From assembly GCA_031362805.1 (NCBI GenBank), contig JANLTG010000126.1, positions 66,426 to 130,425 on the forward strand: DNA of 64,000 bases, given 5' to 3'. Every line of letters starts with the position of its first letter. Positions within the stretch are counted from its first letter, which is position 1. This document shows positions 1-13,546 of this stretch, piece by piece. Source of the DNA: a bacterium (GTDB lineage Bacteria; Verrucomicrobiota; Verrucomicrobiia; Limisphaerales; RI-55). Under the pieces are notes generated by a model, which made no database searches, had not been told where the DNA came from, and saw only the letters and a list, made by a program, of their open reading frames with translations. A program made the position numbers and the translations under genes.

Positions 1-2973
<2,973 letters not shown>

Positions 2974-3001
2974 CCAATCTGTCCGATCGATGACTGTCGT
3001 G

Positions 3002-3036
3002 CAAAGCCGGGGCGCCAGCCCCGGCTTTGTTGTTTT
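3002..3036 (+). terminator. Rho-independent terminator after nrdJ
   Basis: 12-bp perfect stem CAAAGCCGGGGC / GCCCCGGCTTTG, loop GCCA, followed by TTGTTTT; lies between convergent genes. Confidence 0.8.
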
Positions 3037-3067
3037 GTCAGCAGCCGGCAGCTGCGTCCGTCGCTGC

Positions 3068-3781
3068 TCACTCCTTCCGCTTGAAACGCACCAGATAGTT
3101 CTCCTTCAGGAAGCTGGCGCCGCCGTCGTTCAGTTGTTCAAAGCCCGCCTTTTCGATCTCCTTCATGAACACTTCCTTGCCCGCGCGGACGTGGTTCAGC
3201 GTCCAGTCCGAGCTCTTGCCGGGGATGCGTTCGAACTCCACCAGCACCAGGAGACCGCCGGGCTTGAGCGCGCGGTGAATGCTCGCCAGCGTATCCTGGG
3301 GGAATTCAAAGTGATGGTAGGTGTCGCAAATAAACACGAGATCAACCGAGTTCGTGGGCAGTTTGGAATCCTTGTCGGTGCCGAGGATGGTTTCGACGTT
3401 GAGGTGCTTTTCGGATCTCGCGCGCTCACGAATCTTCGCCAGGAACGGCGCGGCGATGTCGACGGCGAGCACCTTGCCCGCCTCGCCGACGGCCTTGGCG
3501 AACAACATCGTGAACAGGCCCGTACCCGCCCCGACGTCGGCGACCGTTGCGCCCGGTTTCGCCCCGGCGGCGGCTACAATCTCCAGCCGATGCGCGTAAA
3601 CCTCACGGCTTTCGGTCTCAAATCGTCCGGCCCATTCCTCGGGTTTGAGGTCCGGGCTTTTGAAGTTTTCATTGATGCCCGGCTTGACGCTTTGCTCCTG
3701 CGCCCACAAACCGGGAGCGGTCAGCACACCACACAGGGCAACGGTTCGAATGAACTGGCGTATCGGCAGGGAGAAGAACAT
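3068..3781 (-). CDS. Class I SAM-dependent methyltransferase, probable signal peptide
   Basis: Motif I VADVGAGTG, DLVFICDTYHH, LKPGG. Confidence 0.85.
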   Translation of the reverse strand: MFFSLPIRQFIRTVALCGVLTAPGLWAQEQSVKPGINENFKSPDLKPEEWAGRFETESREVYAHRLEIVAAAGAKPGATVADVGAGTGLFTMLFAKAVGEAGKVLAVDIAAPFLAKIRERARSEKHLNVETILGTDKDSKLPTNSVDLVFICDTYHHFEFPQDTLASIHRALKPGGLLVLVEFERIPGKSSDWTLNHVRAGKEVFMKEIEKAGFEQLNDGGASFLKENYLVRFKRKE

Positions 3782-3867
3782 GCGGCCAAGCTAGCGAAGG
3801 CAGCGGTGGTGTCGAGCGTGGGTAACGGCGCTTGAGAATCAAGCGCACCCGTCGGCCGGCACTTCGG

Positions 3868-4581
3868 CTAGATATCCGAATAGATGCGCGTGAGCGGTCG
3901 GCTCTGAATCACCCGGGCCAATGGAGTTCGGGCATCGGGCTTCAACGATTCCGCAAGGGCACCCGCCTTGCCCGCGCCGGAGGCCATCACCCAGACTTCG
4001 CGCGCGGCGGCAATCACTTCGTAGCCAAGGGTGATGCGCCGCGGCGGCGGTTTGGCGGCGGTGACGGGCCGGTAAATGTCAGGCAGCCCGCGCTCGGATT
4101 CCGGTTCCTCCGGAAAAAGAGAGGCAACGTGCGCGTCCTCACCCATGCCGAGGAATATCAAGTCGAACACGGGGAGTCCGGCGGCGTTCTTTTCAGAGCA
4201 GCGCTGAAGTTCCGCACTCACCCTGGCGGCCGTGCTCCGGCCGTCATCGTCGCAGCAGAGCGGGTGAAGTTGCGACGCCGCCACGCCGAGCGGGTCGCAT
4301 AAATTCTCTTTCGCCAGCTTGAAGTTGCTGTCGGCGCTGTCAGCGGGGACGCAGCGTTCATCGCCCCAAAAGAATTCCACGTGGCGAAACGATACGCCGG
4401 CCGACCGCGCACGCCGGGCCGCGACCGCAAGGAACGTCCCGGCAATTCTGCCGCCGGAAAGCGCGACAAGCTGGCGGCCGCCGGCTTGGGCAACGCCGCG
4501 AACCGTTTCCAGCCAGTCGGCGGCGACGCGGTCTGCGAGTTCCGTCGGTGAAGCGACGCGCTGTAGATCGAAGTTTGGCAC
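3868..4581 (-). CDS. pgl: 6-phosphogluconolactonase
   Basis: ALSGG, FWGDERCVP, SN, LGMGEDAHVASLFP, RITL motifs; directly downstream of zwf. Confidence 0.92.
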   Translation of the reverse strand: MPNFDLQRVASPTELADRVAADWLETVRGVAQAGGRQLVALSGGRIAGTFLAVAARRARSAGVSFRHVEFFWGDERCVPADSADSNFKLAKENLCDPLGVAASQLHPLCCDDDGRSTAARVSAELQRCSEKNAAGLPVFDLIFLGMGEDAHVASLFPEEPESERGLPDIYRPVTAAKPPPRRITLGYEVIAAAREVWVMASGAGKAGALAESLKPDARTPLARVIQSRPLTRIYSDI

Positions 4582-4613
4582 GGGCGTGATGAGTCAGCTC
4601 GCCACGCCCTGCC

Positions 4614-4650
4614 CTCGACGACGAGAACGAGGACGACGAGGAGGACGATT
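4614..4650. repeat. Short low-complexity GACGAG/GAGGAC tandem repeat between zwf and pgl
   Basis: CTCGACGACGAGAACGAGGACGACGAGGAGGACGATT. Confidence 0.55.
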
Positions 4651-4653
4651 GAA

Positions 4654-6216
4654 TTACTTCACCGGTTGCGGATGGCGCCACGAGTGGCCGAGCTGGGCGA
4701 GCAGTTCATCGGCGGCCACCGGGCCCCACGTGCCGGCGGGATAAAATTCCTTGCCACTCAGCGCCTTGCCGTCCCACACGGTGCGGATCGGATCCACGAT
4801 CTTCCACGCGGTCTCCACTTCATCGCGGCGGATGAACAGGGTCGCGTCGCCGGACATCGCTTCGAGCAACAAACGCTCATAGGCCTCGGGGGTGTACGCA
4901 CCGAACTCGGAATCGTAACTGAAATGCATGCGGACGGGGCGCAGCTCCATGCTCGTGCCCGGCACCTTGCCGTTGAAGCGCAGCGAGATGCCCTCGTTCG
5001 GCTGGAGGCGGAGGGTGATGGCGTTGGAATCGAGCTTCTGATTGCACTGGGCGGTGTAGAGCACGTTCGGCGTGCTGCGGAACTGCACGCGCACTTCGCT
5101 GGCGCTGAGCGGCAGATTCTTGCCGGTGCGCAAATAGAACGGCACGTTGGACCAGCGCCAGTTGTCGATGAAGAGCCGCATGGCGACATACGTTTCCACG
5201 GTCGAGTCGGGCGCCACCTTCTTCTCGTGACGATAGGCCGGGCGCGGTTCGCCATCGATGTCCCCGGCGGTGTACTGACCGCGCACCACGCTGTTCGCCA
5301 CGTCACCGACGGAAAGCGGGCGGATCGACCGCAGCAACTTCACTTTCTCGTCGCGGATGGATTCCGCTTCGAGCGAGACGGGCGGCTCCATCGCAACGAG
5401 CGAGAGCACTTGCAGTAAGTGATTCTGCACCATGTCGCGCAGCGCGCCGGATTCCTCGTAATAGCCACCGCGGCTGGCGACGCCGAGCTTCTCGCTGACC
5501 GTGATCTGAACCTGCTCGACCGAAGAACGGTTCCAGAGCTGTTCAAAGATCGAATTCGAGAAGCGAAAGGTCAGGATGTTCTGCACCGTCTCTTTGCCGA
5601 GGTAGTGATCGATGCGAAAGATTTGTCCCTCATGACAGAACTTCATCAACTCGGTGTTCAACGACTGGGCCGAGCGGAGATCGGTGCCGAACGGCTTTTC
5701 AACAATCACGCGATGGGACTCGCCGCCGTTGTCCGGCCGCTGGAGGAGGCCGCACGTGTGCAGATTTTCCACGACATCGGAAAACTGTGAAGGTGAGATC
5801 GACAGGTAAAAGAGCAGATTCTTCCGGAGGCTTTCATGGCTGCCTTCACGGATGTCTCGGGACAGTTGCTCGAAATCCTTGGGATTGGTCAGATCGCCCC
5901 GGCAGTAATTCACCTGCGCGGCGAACTCAGCCCACTTGGCGTCATCCACGGGTTTGGTGCGCGAAAACTTGTCGAGCGCCTCCCGCAATTCCGTGCGCCA
6001 CGAATCATCCGTTTTCTCGCGGCGGGCGAAGCCGATGATGCGGCAGGGCTTGGGCAGCGAGCCCTCGATGAACAGGTGATAGAGCGCGGGGATCAGCTTG
6101 CGCGAGGTGAGATCGCCGCTGGCGCCGAAGATCACGATCGTGCAGGGCTCGACATTGCGCCGGCCGGAATCGAGGCGGCAGCTGAGCAGTTCATCCAGTT
6201 GACTCGCGTTGTTCAT
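4654..6216 (-). CDS. zwf: Glucose-6-phosphate 1-dehydrogenase
   Basis: GASGDL, EKPFG, RIDHYLGKETVQN, RDMVQNH, PFYLRTGK. Confidence 0.97.
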   Translation of the reverse strand: MNNASQLDELLSCRLDSGRRNVEPCTIVIFGASGDLTSRKLIPALYHLFIEGSLPKPCRIIGFARREKTDDSWRTELREALDKFSRTKPVDDAKWAEFAAQVNYCRGDLTNPKDFEQLSRDIREGSHESLRKNLLFYLSISPSQFSDVVENLHTCGLLQRPDNGGESHRVIVEKPFGTDLRSAQSLNTELMKFCHEGQIFRIDHYLGKETVQNILTFRFSNSIFEQLWNRSSVEQVQITVSEKLGVASRGGYYEESGALRDMVQNHLLQVLSLVAMEPPVSLEAESIRDEKVKLLRSIRPLSVGDVANSVVRGQYTAGDIDGEPRPAYRHEKKVAPDSTVETYVAMRLFIDNWRWSNVPFYLRTGKNLPLSASEVRVQFRSTPNVLYTAQCNQKLDSNAITLRLQPNEGISLRFNGKVPGTSMELRPVRMHFSYDSEFGAYTPEAYERLLLEAMSGDATLFIRRDEVETAWKIVDPIRTVWDGKALSGKEFYPAGTWGPVAADELLAQLGHSWRHPQPVK

Positions 6217-6448
6217 GGGCGGCGATCATGGCGGGTCGCAGGTCGAATTCAACCCTGCAAGCGAACGGGCGCGATGAAAGATTTTGAGCCGGCCACGCCA
6301 AAGAATTCAGCTTTACGGCTTGGGCGAAAATTCCGCACACTCCCGCACCAACTTGCTCCCGGCCGCTGGTCAGAAAATTGACGCACAGGCATGTGGCCGG
6401 GGCATTGGGTGAATGATGGCCGGGGGGTGGTCGTCGGAAGAGCAATCT

Positions 6449-8440
6449 ATGGCAGTAACAACCGGTTGGATCAGGTTTACGTTGATGGCGCTGGCGCTGC
6501 TGGCCGCCGCTTCGTGTACCACCCGCCGCCCGCCGAAAACTCAGGAGCCGCCGGCCACTGCCGCAGCGTCCACCAATGCGCCGCCCGCCACTGCGGATGC
6601 CACCGGCCCCGGCGCGACTGAAGAGCGACCCAAGATCAAGTATGATGCGGAGCACGACGCTGCGATCACCGAGGTGTTCGAGCTCGCGGACAAAGGCCGC
6701 TGGGAGGAAGCCGAACAAAAGTCCGCGGGACTGATCGCGGAGTTTCCGGGAGATGCCGCCCTGACGCGCCTCCACGCGTGGGTCACCGACAATCGCAAAC
6801 TGGTCCGCGAACGCGCCATCGAGGATCGCATCCGCCAGGTTGATTCAAAGAATTCGCCCTTCAATCCCTCGATCAAGGATCTCCTCACCGAACAAAAGGA
6901 TCGTGGCTTGACGCCGCGCAAAGATCTGCGCGATGCCGTGCAACAGATTGAAGCGGTGCCGTACGTGCCCGAGAGCTACGGGAAGAAGATCGAGCACCCG
7001 GGCTTTCTGACCAGCCCATCCGTGACTGAAGGACCGATGGCCGCGCTGTTGAACCGGCGCATTTCGGTGAAGCTCGACGACGTCACGCTCGAGCAGATCA
7101 TCTTCACGATCGGCGACAAGGAGAAGATCAACTTCGTGGCCGACAAGACCCTGCCCGCTTTTCAAAAGAAGCTGAGCGTGAATTTCGAACAGGTGAAACT
7201 GCGCGAGTTCCTCGAATATGTGGGTCGCAATCTCGAGGTCAGCTTCCAGGTGGGTGAAGATTTGGTCTGGATCGTCGACGGCAAGGATCCCAAGAGCGCG
7301 AAGGAAGAGACCCGGCTCTACCGGTTGCGCGAGGGCTTCGTCATGCCGGCTCGCTTTGCGGATGACAACCCCATCCGCACGACGGTGCAGAACAAGGAGG
7401 TCACCACGACCACGGTGACCGAGAAGCTCAATCTGTTTGTCCCGGATCTCGCGCCCGAGAAACCCGCGATCGAGCAGGCGATCGTGCAGTTTTTCAAAGG
7501 GTCCAAATACCTGATCGACTACGAGCGCAATCTGATCGTCGCCAGCGGGACGCGGGACCAGTTGGAAGTGCTGGAGCGGCTCATCGAAGAGTTCGACCGG
7601 CCCATCCAGCAAGTGTTGATCGAAGCGCGCTTCATCACGGTTTCACAGCCGGCGTTCATGCGCCTCGGGGTCGCGTGGGAAACCGGACGCAATTTGCTCA
7701 ACCAGCAAAAGCTGGAGAACAAGGACTTCACCCGCCTCGCGCCGGACCAGGTGGCATTGCCGATCCAGGAAACCTTCACCAACATTCTGGGCCGCGAAAA
7801 CCTGACCGCCACGCTGACGGCGCTCGATCAAAGCGGGGAGAGCCAGACGTTGAGCGCCCCGCGCCTGCTGCTGATCAACAACCGCCCGGGCCGCATCGCC
7901 GACGGGAAGATTCAGTATTACTACGAACAGTACACGGTCAAACAGTCGACCTATGAACGCGGCACGACATCGAGTTTGGTGCCCGACGGGAAACCCACCA
8001 AAGTAACCTCGGGTGTCGACTTGGAAGTCGTGGCCAGCATTGCCGGTGACGGGAAAAGCATCCTGCTGGCGTTGAATCCCAAAGTCAGTCAGGACGTGCA
8101 ATTGGTGACGTTCGCCACCATCTCCGACGTCGACTCCACAGGCCGGCCCGTCAGCACTTTCGAAATCAAGCTCCCCGAACTGCGCCAGCAGGAACTGGCC
8201 ACGCGGGTCAGCGTCCGGTCGGGCGAGACGGTGGTGATGGGCGGCGTGCTGGAGCGCAATCAGACCACGCTGGTGGAATCGGTGCCGGTGCTGGGCAACC
8301 TACCCTTGATCGGGGCGCTGTTCCGGCGGCGCACGGAGGTGGACGCCCCGCGTTACCTGCTGATCTTTGTGACCGCTTCCATCGTCTCCGAAACGGGCGA
8401 ATTTGTACTGCCCAAGAAAGAGTCCACGGCAACTCCGTGA
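6449..8440 (+). CDS. Secretin (GspD/PilQ family) with lipoprotein signal
   Basis: Lipobox-like LLAAASC; QVLIEARFI, LSAPRL, SGETVVMGG, VPVLGNLPLIGALFR, LLIFVTASIV. Start taken at ATG 6449 (ORF track gives 6413). Confidence 0.88.
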   Translation: MAVTTGWIRFTLMALALLAAASCTTRRPPKTQEPPATAAASTNAPPATADATGPGATEERPKIKYDAEHDAAITEVFELADKGRWEEAEQKSAGLIAEFPGDAALTRLHAWVTDNRKLVRERAIEDRIRQVDSKNSPFNPSIKDLLTEQKDRGLTPRKDLRDAVQQIEAVPYVPESYGKKIEHPGFLTSPSVTEGPMAALLNRRISVKLDDVTLEQIIFTIGDKEKINFVADKTLPAFQKKLSVNFEQVKLREFLEYVGRNLEVSFQVGEDLVWIVDGKDPKSAKEETRLYRLREGFVMPARFADDNPIRTTVQNKEVTTTTVTEKLNLFVPDLAPEKPAIEQAIVQFFKGSKYLIDYERNLIVASGTRDQLEVLERLIEEFDRPIQQVLIEARFITVSQPAFMRLGVAWETGRNLLNQQKLENKDFTRLAPDQVALPIQETFTNILGRENLTATLTALDQSGESQTLSAPRLLLINNRPGRIADGKIQYYYEQYTVKQSTYERGTTSSLVPDGKPTKVTSGVDLEVVASIAGDGKSILLALNPKVSQDVQLVTFATISDVDSTGRPVSTFEIKLPELRQQELATRVSVRSGETVVMGGVLERNQTTLVESVPVLGNLPLIGALFRRRTEVDAPRYLLIFVTASIVSETGEFVLPKKESTATP

Positions 8441-10233
8441 CCGGCGCTGTGATGAACCGGTTTTCCCTGCCCCCGACCCGCCGATTCCTGGCGGTGGATG
8501 TCGGCAGCCGCTGCCTGAAGGCGTTGCTGGTCTCGAATCTTTTCGGGAAGCTGCGCATCCACGGGCATCGGGTGATCGGGCTGGATGAATCGTCGCAACC
8601 GGGATCAGCCGGCTGGCCGCGCGTCTTGAAGGAACTTCAGGAGGAACTGGGCTCCCACCCGCTGGCCATCAGCGTGCCGCAGCAGGCGACTGATTCACAA
8701 GTACTCGATCTCCCGGGCGCGGATGCGCGGACGATTCGCGAACAGATTCAAAGCGACGTGGTCAAGCTCAGCGGCTTGACCGAGAGCACGATCATCTATG
8801 ACTACGGGCAGCTCGAACCGTTCGGCCAGTACACGAATCCCTACTGGGTGACCCACGCCCGCGAAAGCGAAGTGCTGGCGGGCGTCCAACACTTTCAAAG
8901 TCTGGCGGAGGACATTCTTGAAGTCTCCTCGACCGCCAACGCGCTCGTGGCGGCGTATCGGGAAGCGCAACCAAATCCCACCAATGCGCTGCTGATTGAC
9001 CTCGGCTCGTCCGGCACCGAAGTGGCGGTGGTTTGCCAGGGGCAAGGCGTATTCGTGACGAGCTTCGCCGTGGGCGGCCGGTTGTTCAGCGAGCAGATTC
9101 GCGCCGAACGATGCGGGCCGGTGATGGAGGCGGAGTTCGCCAAGAACACCGAGAACCTGCTGACGGGGGAGGTGCCCATGCCCGCGCTGCGCCAGTTGGT
9201 TGATCGCTGGCATGGCGAGCTGGTGCGCATTCTCGAAGACTGGCTGAGCGAGCATCCGGTGTTGAATCTCTCCGCCAGCCATTTCGAAGTGATCCTGTGC
9301 GGCGGTGAGTCGGAGATGCCCGGCTTGATCGAGTATCTCCGGGCCAACAGCGTGCTGGCATTTCACCGCTGGGCCGAGCTGCCTGGCTTCCCGCCCATCC
9401 AGCCGGCCGGGCAGTTTGCCGTGGCCTTCGGCCTGGCCTGCGAACTTTTCCGACGCGGCGGTCCCTCGGCCTCGCTCGTGCCGGAAGAGTTGCGGATCGC
9501 GCGCAAGGAACACGGGACGGTCCAATTGCTGCAGGCGGGCACCTGGCTCGTCCTGGCAATCACGGCGCTCGTCCTGGCGTTTGGCACGTGGCAGAAATAC
9601 TATTTCATCCGGGAGGCGGAGACGCAGATCGGCCAGGCGCAGGCGGTGCTCCAACTGGCCCGGCAAACCGATCGTTTGAAGCTTCAACTGGCGGCGGACT
9701 ATGAGGCGATCCGCCCGGTGCTGGCGCGGCAGGCCCAGACGATCGCCGCCATCGAAACACTCGGCATGCTGGTCAATCACCCGCTGCCCACCAACTCCTG
9801 GTTCGTGTTGTTCGCCGACGCGGACAGCTACTACACCGAGCGCGTGCTGCCGCCGCCCACCAACGCCCCCGCGTTCACCAATCTGGCCGCCGCCGCCCGC
9901 CTCACCAACGCCTTCGTCGCCGAGTTCAGCACCGCGCTCGACGCGGCCAACGCGCGCATGGTCCTCAGTGGCATGATCGATCGTTTCAAAACCAATGCCC
10001 TCTTCCGCAAGGTGGACATACTTTCCACCGACCAGCGGCGACGGCTCGTCAAGGACGCGGTGCTGGTGCCCGAAGGCCACTACGCCCTGTCGTTCACGCT
10101 GAATGAAAATAATTTCTTAAAGCCTTTCCTGCCGGTTGAGGAATTCCGCCAGCTGACCGCTCAACTGGAACGGGAGCGCACCAACACCAGCCGCGACCTG
10201 GGCCCAGCCACGCCCCGCGCTCCGAACCGCTGA
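8437..10233 (+). CDS. PilM-like actin-fold protein fused to a membrane-anchored PilN/GspL-like region
   Basis: LAVDVGS, LLIDLGSSGT, ILCGGESEMPGL, then SLVP, a TM helix and a coiled coil; operon context. Confidence 0.7.
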   Translation: MTGAVMNRFSLPPTRRFLAVDVGSRCLKALLVSNLFGKLRIHGHRVIGLDESSQPGSAGWPRVLKELQEELGSHPLAISVPQQATDSQVLDLPGADARTIREQIQSDVVKLSGLTESTIIYDYGQLEPFGQYTNPYWVTHARESEVLAGVQHFQSLAEDILEVSSTANALVAAYREAQPNPTNALLIDLGSSGTEVAVVCQGQGVFVTSFAVGGRLFSEQIRAERCGPVMEAEFAKNTENLLTGEVPMPALRQLVDRWHGELVRILEDWLSEHPVLNLSASHFEVILCGGESEMPGLIEYLRANSVLAFHRWAELPGFPPIQPAGQFAVAFGLACELFRRGGPSASLVPEELRIARKEHGTVQLLQAGTWLVLAITALVLAFGTWQKYYFIREAETQIGQAQAVLQLARQTDRLKLQLAADYEAIRPVLARQAQTIAAIETLGMLVNHPLPTNSWFVLFADADSYYTERVLPPPTNAPAFTNLAAAARLTNAFVAEFSTALDAANARMVLSGMIDRFKTNALFRKVDILSTDQRRRLVKDAVLVPEGHYALSFTLNENNFLKPFLPVEEFRQLTAQLERERTNTSRDLGPATPRAPNR

Positions 10234-11090
10234 TGAAGACGGCGTCGAAACAGATCACCCGCCGCCTGAGCGCCACCATCGCGCTGGTGGTGATCGCGCT
10301 CTATTACGCGGCCGTGTTTCGGCCTCTCACCGAAAAAGAACAGGCGCAGATCAAGCCCTTTGAACTGGTCCAGGCACAGTTGCGCACCGCCGCGACCAAC
10401 AACCCCGCCATCGCCGGGCTCTCGCTCGAAGCGCTGGAAAAAGTGAATGCCGCCCTGCGGGTTTCACTGACCAACACGGCCGCCGCCCGCGACCTGATTG
10501 CCAGCCGATTCGCCCCGGAGCCGGTGATAGCGACCAACCTGACGCGCATTTTTCAGCTCATCGATTATCAAAACGAACGGCTCAGCCGCGGGGACCGGCT
10601 CATCAATCTGGCCGGTGAACGAAAGGTGAAGATCACGCCGGCCGTGACGGCGGGTTTGCCGGAATTCACGATCGAGAATCCAATGCCGGAACTGTTATGG
10701 GGACAACTCGCCCTCATGGATGGCGTGCTGCGCGCCGCCGTGTTGTCGGGAGTGCAGGCGATCGAAGGCGTGCGCATGCCGCCGCCGGTGAACCATACCG
10801 CGTCCACCAATTCGCCCAATCGTTTGATGGAGCTGCCGCTGCGCGTCGAAGTAGTCGGCACCGCCGAGGCGCTCAGCCGGTGGCTGGGCTTGGTTCTTTT
10901 GGACCCGGCCGGCCGCGAGGGTTTCAAACTGGCGAAAGTCGAGGGATTGCCCGGCGCCTGCCTGCGCCATATTCTGGCCCGCAAAGAATCCACCGAACAG
11001 CCGGGCCTGGTGCGGGTCACGGCGGAGTTCAGCGGTTTTCTCAACCTCCGAAAGCCGGCCAGCGAACCGGTGGATCGGAGCAAAAACTGA
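10233..11090 (+). CDS. PilO/GspM-like inner-membrane platform protein
   Basis: N-terminal TM helix, ELPLRVEVVG motif, 1-nt overlap with the upstream gene. Confidence 0.55.
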   Translation: MKTASKQITRRLSATIALVVIALYYAAVFRPLTEKEQAQIKPFELVQAQLRTAATNNPAIAGLSLEALEKVNAALRVSLTNTAAARDLIASRFAPEPVIATNLTRIFQLIDYQNERLSRGDRLINLAGERKVKITPAVTAGLPEFTIENPMPELLWGQLALMDGVLRAAVLSGVQAIEGVRMPPPVNHTASTNSPNRLMELPLRVEVVGTAEALSRWLGLVLLDPAGREGFKLAKVEGLPGACLRHILARKESTEQPGLVRVTAEFSGFLNLRKPASEPVDRSKN

Positions 11091-11608
11091 TGCCGGCAAC
11101 ACTTGAACAAACCAAGTTCTATGCGCTCGCCCTGCTGGCGGTCGCGCTGGTGCTGCTGGCGTTGAGCACCGCCGGCCTCGAAGGCCGGCTGCTTTCGTTG
11201 GCGAAAGCCAACCCCGCCGCTCAACTTCAAAGAGACACCGCGGTGGATCGTTATGCAGCGCTCTTCGCCGCCGAGCCCTTCGCCGGATTGCTGCGTTCCG
11301 AGAACCGCCGGGATGTTTTTACCACCATGCACTTCAACCAACCGCCGGTCGTGCCCGTAGCGCCGGAGAAGCCGAAGACCCGGCTGGCTGCGCTGACCTA
11401 CCTGGGCACCCTCCGCAATAGCAGCGGCGAGACATCGGCGTTTGTGCGCGTGGACGAGAGCGTGATGAAACTCCCCGCCGGCGGCAAGGTGATCCAAGAT
11501 TGGACGGTGGCCACCATTACCGGCACGGTGCTCGTGCTGACCAACGGCGTGCAAACGAACCAGATTGCCTTTCGGCAAACCCTGCAACTGACGGTCCCGA
11601 TTCCCTGA
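11090..11608 (+). CDS. PilP/GspC-like small membrane-anchored protein
   Basis: ATG overlaps the upstream TGA; TM helix; LTYLG...SAFV...G..I..WTV..I pattern of PilP/GspC HR domains. Confidence 0.55.
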   Translation: MPATLEQTKFYALALLAVALVLLALSTAGLEGRLLSLAKANPAAQLQRDTAVDRYAALFAAEPFAGLLRSENRRDVFTTMHFNQPPVVPVAPEKPKTRLAALTYLGTLRNSSGETSAFVRVDESVMKLPAGGKVIQDWTVATITGTVLVLTNGVQTNQIAFRQTLQLTVPIP

Positions 11609-11612
11609 AGCC

Positions 11613-13358
11613 ATGCCCAAGACCGCCCCGTTGATCGAACCCGCAATGCTCCTGTACCAACGGGGCAAACTCGGCGCGCGCGAACTGGAGCAGGTGCGCC
11701 GTCGCCAAGAACGCCTGGGCGTGCCCCAACACCGGGCGATCGTCGATCTCAATTACGCCACTGAAGAGGACACGTGGCGGGTGCTCGCGGAGATTCACAA
11801 CGTCGAGTTTGTGGAACTCTCAACCCGCCCGCCCGCCGAAGACGCTCTGAAAGCCGTGCCGGTCAAGTTCGTGTTTCACTATCACATGGTCCCTTGCAAA
11901 CTGGATGGCGAGCAATTGACCATCGCGTTCAGTGAGCTGCCACGGCCCATGGAGCTGGGCAATCTCCGCTTGCTCCTCAGCAAACGCATCAAGATCGCCC
12001 TCGCGACACCGAGCAGCATCCATGCGTATCTAAAAGGCAAGTTCGGGCTGGGGGCGGAGACGATCCAGAAACTGCGCGAAGACCGGACCCTGGCCGACGG
12101 CAGCGATGAGGTGGTGTTCGATGTCACGGCGGGCGACGACGGCTCCACGGTGGACGCCACGATCGCGCGCTTCGTTGATCAGATTCTCGTCGAAGCGCTG
12201 CGCCTGTCGGCGACGGACATTCACCTCGAGCCATACTACTCGTCGATCCGGCTGCGCTATCGCATCGATGGCATCATGCACAACGTGCCCGTGCCAGAAG
12301 GCGTCCGCGCCTTGCATGGCGCGATCGTGTCGCGGCTGAAAATCATGGGCGGCTTGAACATCGCCGAGAAACGGCTGCCACACGACGGCCGGATCGCGAT
12401 GAAGACCGGCGGCGAGGATTACGACCTGCGCGTATCCATCATTCCGACCAAACACGGCGAGACGGTCTGCCTGCGCATCCTGGGCCGGCAAAGCCTGTTC
12501 CTCGACCTGGGACAATTGGGCATGGAGCCGGCCCACGAACGCCTGTTTGCTGAAATCACGAAGCTGCCGCAGGGCTTGGTCCTGATCACGGGGCCCACGG
12601 GCAGCGGCAAAACCACGACCTTGTACGCCGCGCTGGCGCATGCCAACGACGCCACTCGCAAGATCATTACCATCGAAGACCCGGTGGAGTATCAGCTCGA
12701 GGGCGTTTCGCAGATTCAGGTGCGCGAGGACATCGGGCTGGGGTTTGCGAACGGGCTGCGGTCCGTGCTCCGGCACGACCCGGACGTGGTTTTGATCGGC
12801 GAGATCCGCGACAACACCACCGCCGAGATCGCCATCCGCACCGCGCAGACCGGTCACCTGGTGTTTTCCACCCTGCACACGAACGACAGCATCAGTGCGG
12901 TGACCCGCTTGATCGACATGAAGATCGAGCCCTTTCTCGTCGGCTCGTCGCTCGTATGCAGCGTGGCCCAGCGCCTGACGCAACGGATCTGCCTCCATTG
13001 CCGGCAGCCGGATCACGCGATCCCAACCGAGCTGCGCCGGGAAATGGCGGCCGCCCTCGGACTGCCCGAGACGGAGGTGCTGGCCTTCAAAGGCACCGGC
13101 TGCGTCGAGTGCGGCCAGCGCGGCTACCGCGGGCGGGTGGCGATCTATGAATTCTTTTTGCTGACCGATGAAATCGGTGACTTGATCGAGCCAGGCGTAC
13201 GCACCGGTGCCCTCCGGCGAAAGGCACGCGAGGAAGGCTGGCGCAGCCTCCGCGAGTATGCCTGGACCAAGGTCCAGGCCGGCCTGATCCCCATCACCGA
13301 ACAACAGCGCCTGACCCGCCAGCTGAATCTACAGGACTGGATCAAGGCAAATGGCTGA
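11613..13358 (+). CDS. GspE/PilB family secretion ATPase
   Basis: ATDIHLEP, RYRIDG, AEKRLPHDG, GPTGSGKTTTLY, TIEDPVEY, LRHDPDVVLIGEIRD, TGHLVFSTLHTN, CxxC zinc motifs. Confidence 0.93.
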   Translation: MPKTAPLIEPAMLLYQRGKLGARELEQVRRRQERLGVPQHRAIVDLNYATEEDTWRVLAEIHNVEFVELSTRPPAEDALKAVPVKFVFHYHMVPCKLDGEQLTIAFSELPRPMELGNLRLLLSKRIKIALATPSSIHAYLKGKFGLGAETIQKLREDRTLADGSDEVVFDVTAGDDGSTVDATIARFVDQILVEALRLSATDIHLEPYYSSIRLRYRIDGIMHNVPVPEGVRALHGAIVSRLKIMGGLNIAEKRLPHDGRIAMKTGGEDYDLRVSIIPTKHGETVCLRILGRQSLFLDLGQLGMEPAHERLFAEITKLPQGLVLITGPTGSGKTTTLYAALAHANDATRKIITIEDPVEYQLEGVSQIQVREDIGLGFANGLRSVLRHDPDVVLIGEIRDNTTAEIAIRTAQTGHLVFSTLHTNDSISAVTRLIDMKIEPFLVGSSLVCSVAQRLTQRICLHCRQPDHAIPTELRREMAAALGLPETEVLAFKGTGCVECGQRGYRGRVAIYEFFLLTDEIGDLIEPGVRTGALRRKAREEGWRSLREYAWTKVQAGLIPITEQQRLTRQLNLQDWIKANG

Positions 13359-13546
13359 CCCCCTTTGACCGGCACCCCGGAAACCATTCAACCGGAACCG
13401 GGCGAACAACGCCGAATGCGGCCCAAAGCCCTACAAAATCGTTGCGCCGGCAGGGCCGGTTGTGGCCTCCTCTTGCCGAGCTTGTTTCCCGGGGGCTGCC
13501 AGTGCGACCGATCGCGCCGGCACGGGCCGCAGGCTGAGTCACGCAG

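Noticed and set aside
4614-4650. GACGAG-type repeat as a CRISPR or regulatory element
   Set aside because: Short low-complexity tract with no spacers; kept only as a simple repeat.
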